Assembly: GCA_036785375.1 (NCBI GenBank)
Contig: JAWMAR010000424.1
Location: forward strand, 620,001 to 684,000
DNA: 64,000 nt
Source: Leucoraja ocellata
Taxonomy: Eukaryota
Direction: 5' to 3'
In this document: positions 63,335-64,000 of the stretch, one piece after another
Numbering within the stretch: position 1 is the stretch's first letter
How the letters are laid out: the number at the start of each line of letters is the position of its first letter
Notes under the pieces: model-generated
Seen by the model: the letters and a program-made list of their open reading frames with translations, nothing else
The model's database searches: none
What the model was told of the DNA's origin: nothing
Position numbers and translations under genes: made by a program

Positions 63335-63990
63335 TTCGAGTTGACTGTGCCTGAACCCCTCTGTCGGTGGATTACCAGCTTTCTGACAGACAGGAAGCAG
63401 CATGTGAGGCTGGGAAAACACATCTCGGACCCGCAAAAGCTCAGCATAGGAGCACCGCAAGGCTGCGTACTCTCTCCTCTCCTCTACACTCTCAACACCA
63501 ACGACTGCAGATCTGTCAAGCTTATCAAGTTTGCGGACGACACAACCCTGATTGTAGTGATCCAGGATGGGGAGGAATCTGCCTACAGACAGGAGGTGTC
63601 ACAGCTGGCATCCTGGTGCCATCGCAACAACCTAGAGCTCAATGCTCTTAAGACAGTGGAATTGATTGTAGACTTTAGGAGAGCTCCCCCTCCCCTCACC
63701 CCATTCACCATCAACAACACCACAGTCACATCTGTGGAGTATTTTAAGTTCCTGGGAACTATCATCTCCAGGAACCTTAAGTGAGGGGCTACCATCGAAT
63801 CCACAGTCAAAACGACAGAACAGAGGATGTACTTCCTACGGCAGCTGAGGAAGCACAATCTGCCACAGGCAATGATGGTCCAATTCTACACGGCCATCAT
63901 AGAGTCTTCTCCATCATGGTCTGGTTTGGCTCAGCCACCAAGCACGACACCTGGAGGCTGCAGCGAATCGTCCGATCAGCAGAGAAGGTT
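63335..63990 (+). mobile_element. Rex1/Babar-like LINE RT fragment
   Basis: [13 protein letters not shown]...KFADDTT...NNLELNALKTVELIVDFR...FKFLG. Confidence 0.88.
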
Positions 63991-64000
63991 ATAATAATAA

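Overview
Vertebrate genomic DNA, probably a cartilaginous fish such as a skate or ray (inferred from the CR1, HE1-like SINE and Penelope repeat content; not verified). Most of the window is transposable-element debris. One clear host gene lies on the + strand, with its 5' end upstream of the window. Eight phase-1 exons splice in frame: one Ig C1-set domain (2396-2716), a transmembrane exon with a basic stop-transfer (13474-13590), then six further C1-like Ig domains (15156-27233) ending in a TGA. If spliced in order, this is a type I membrane receptor with about 685 aa of tandem Ig domains on the cytoplasmic side. Four of those six domains have lost a canonical disulfide cysteine. This is the main candidate novel system. 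Other notable items: a young non-autonomous ERV in intron 1 (LTRs 654/656 identical by eye, tRNA-Ser PBS, captured cargo), a P-superfamily MITE containing a 38-bp footprint-like remnant, Penelope elements with hammerhead ribozyme motifs, Helitrons, and a nested HERO/hAT/Penelope/TIR stack. There may also be terminal exons of a convergent gene near 62.7-63.3 kb. All comparisons were made by eye.
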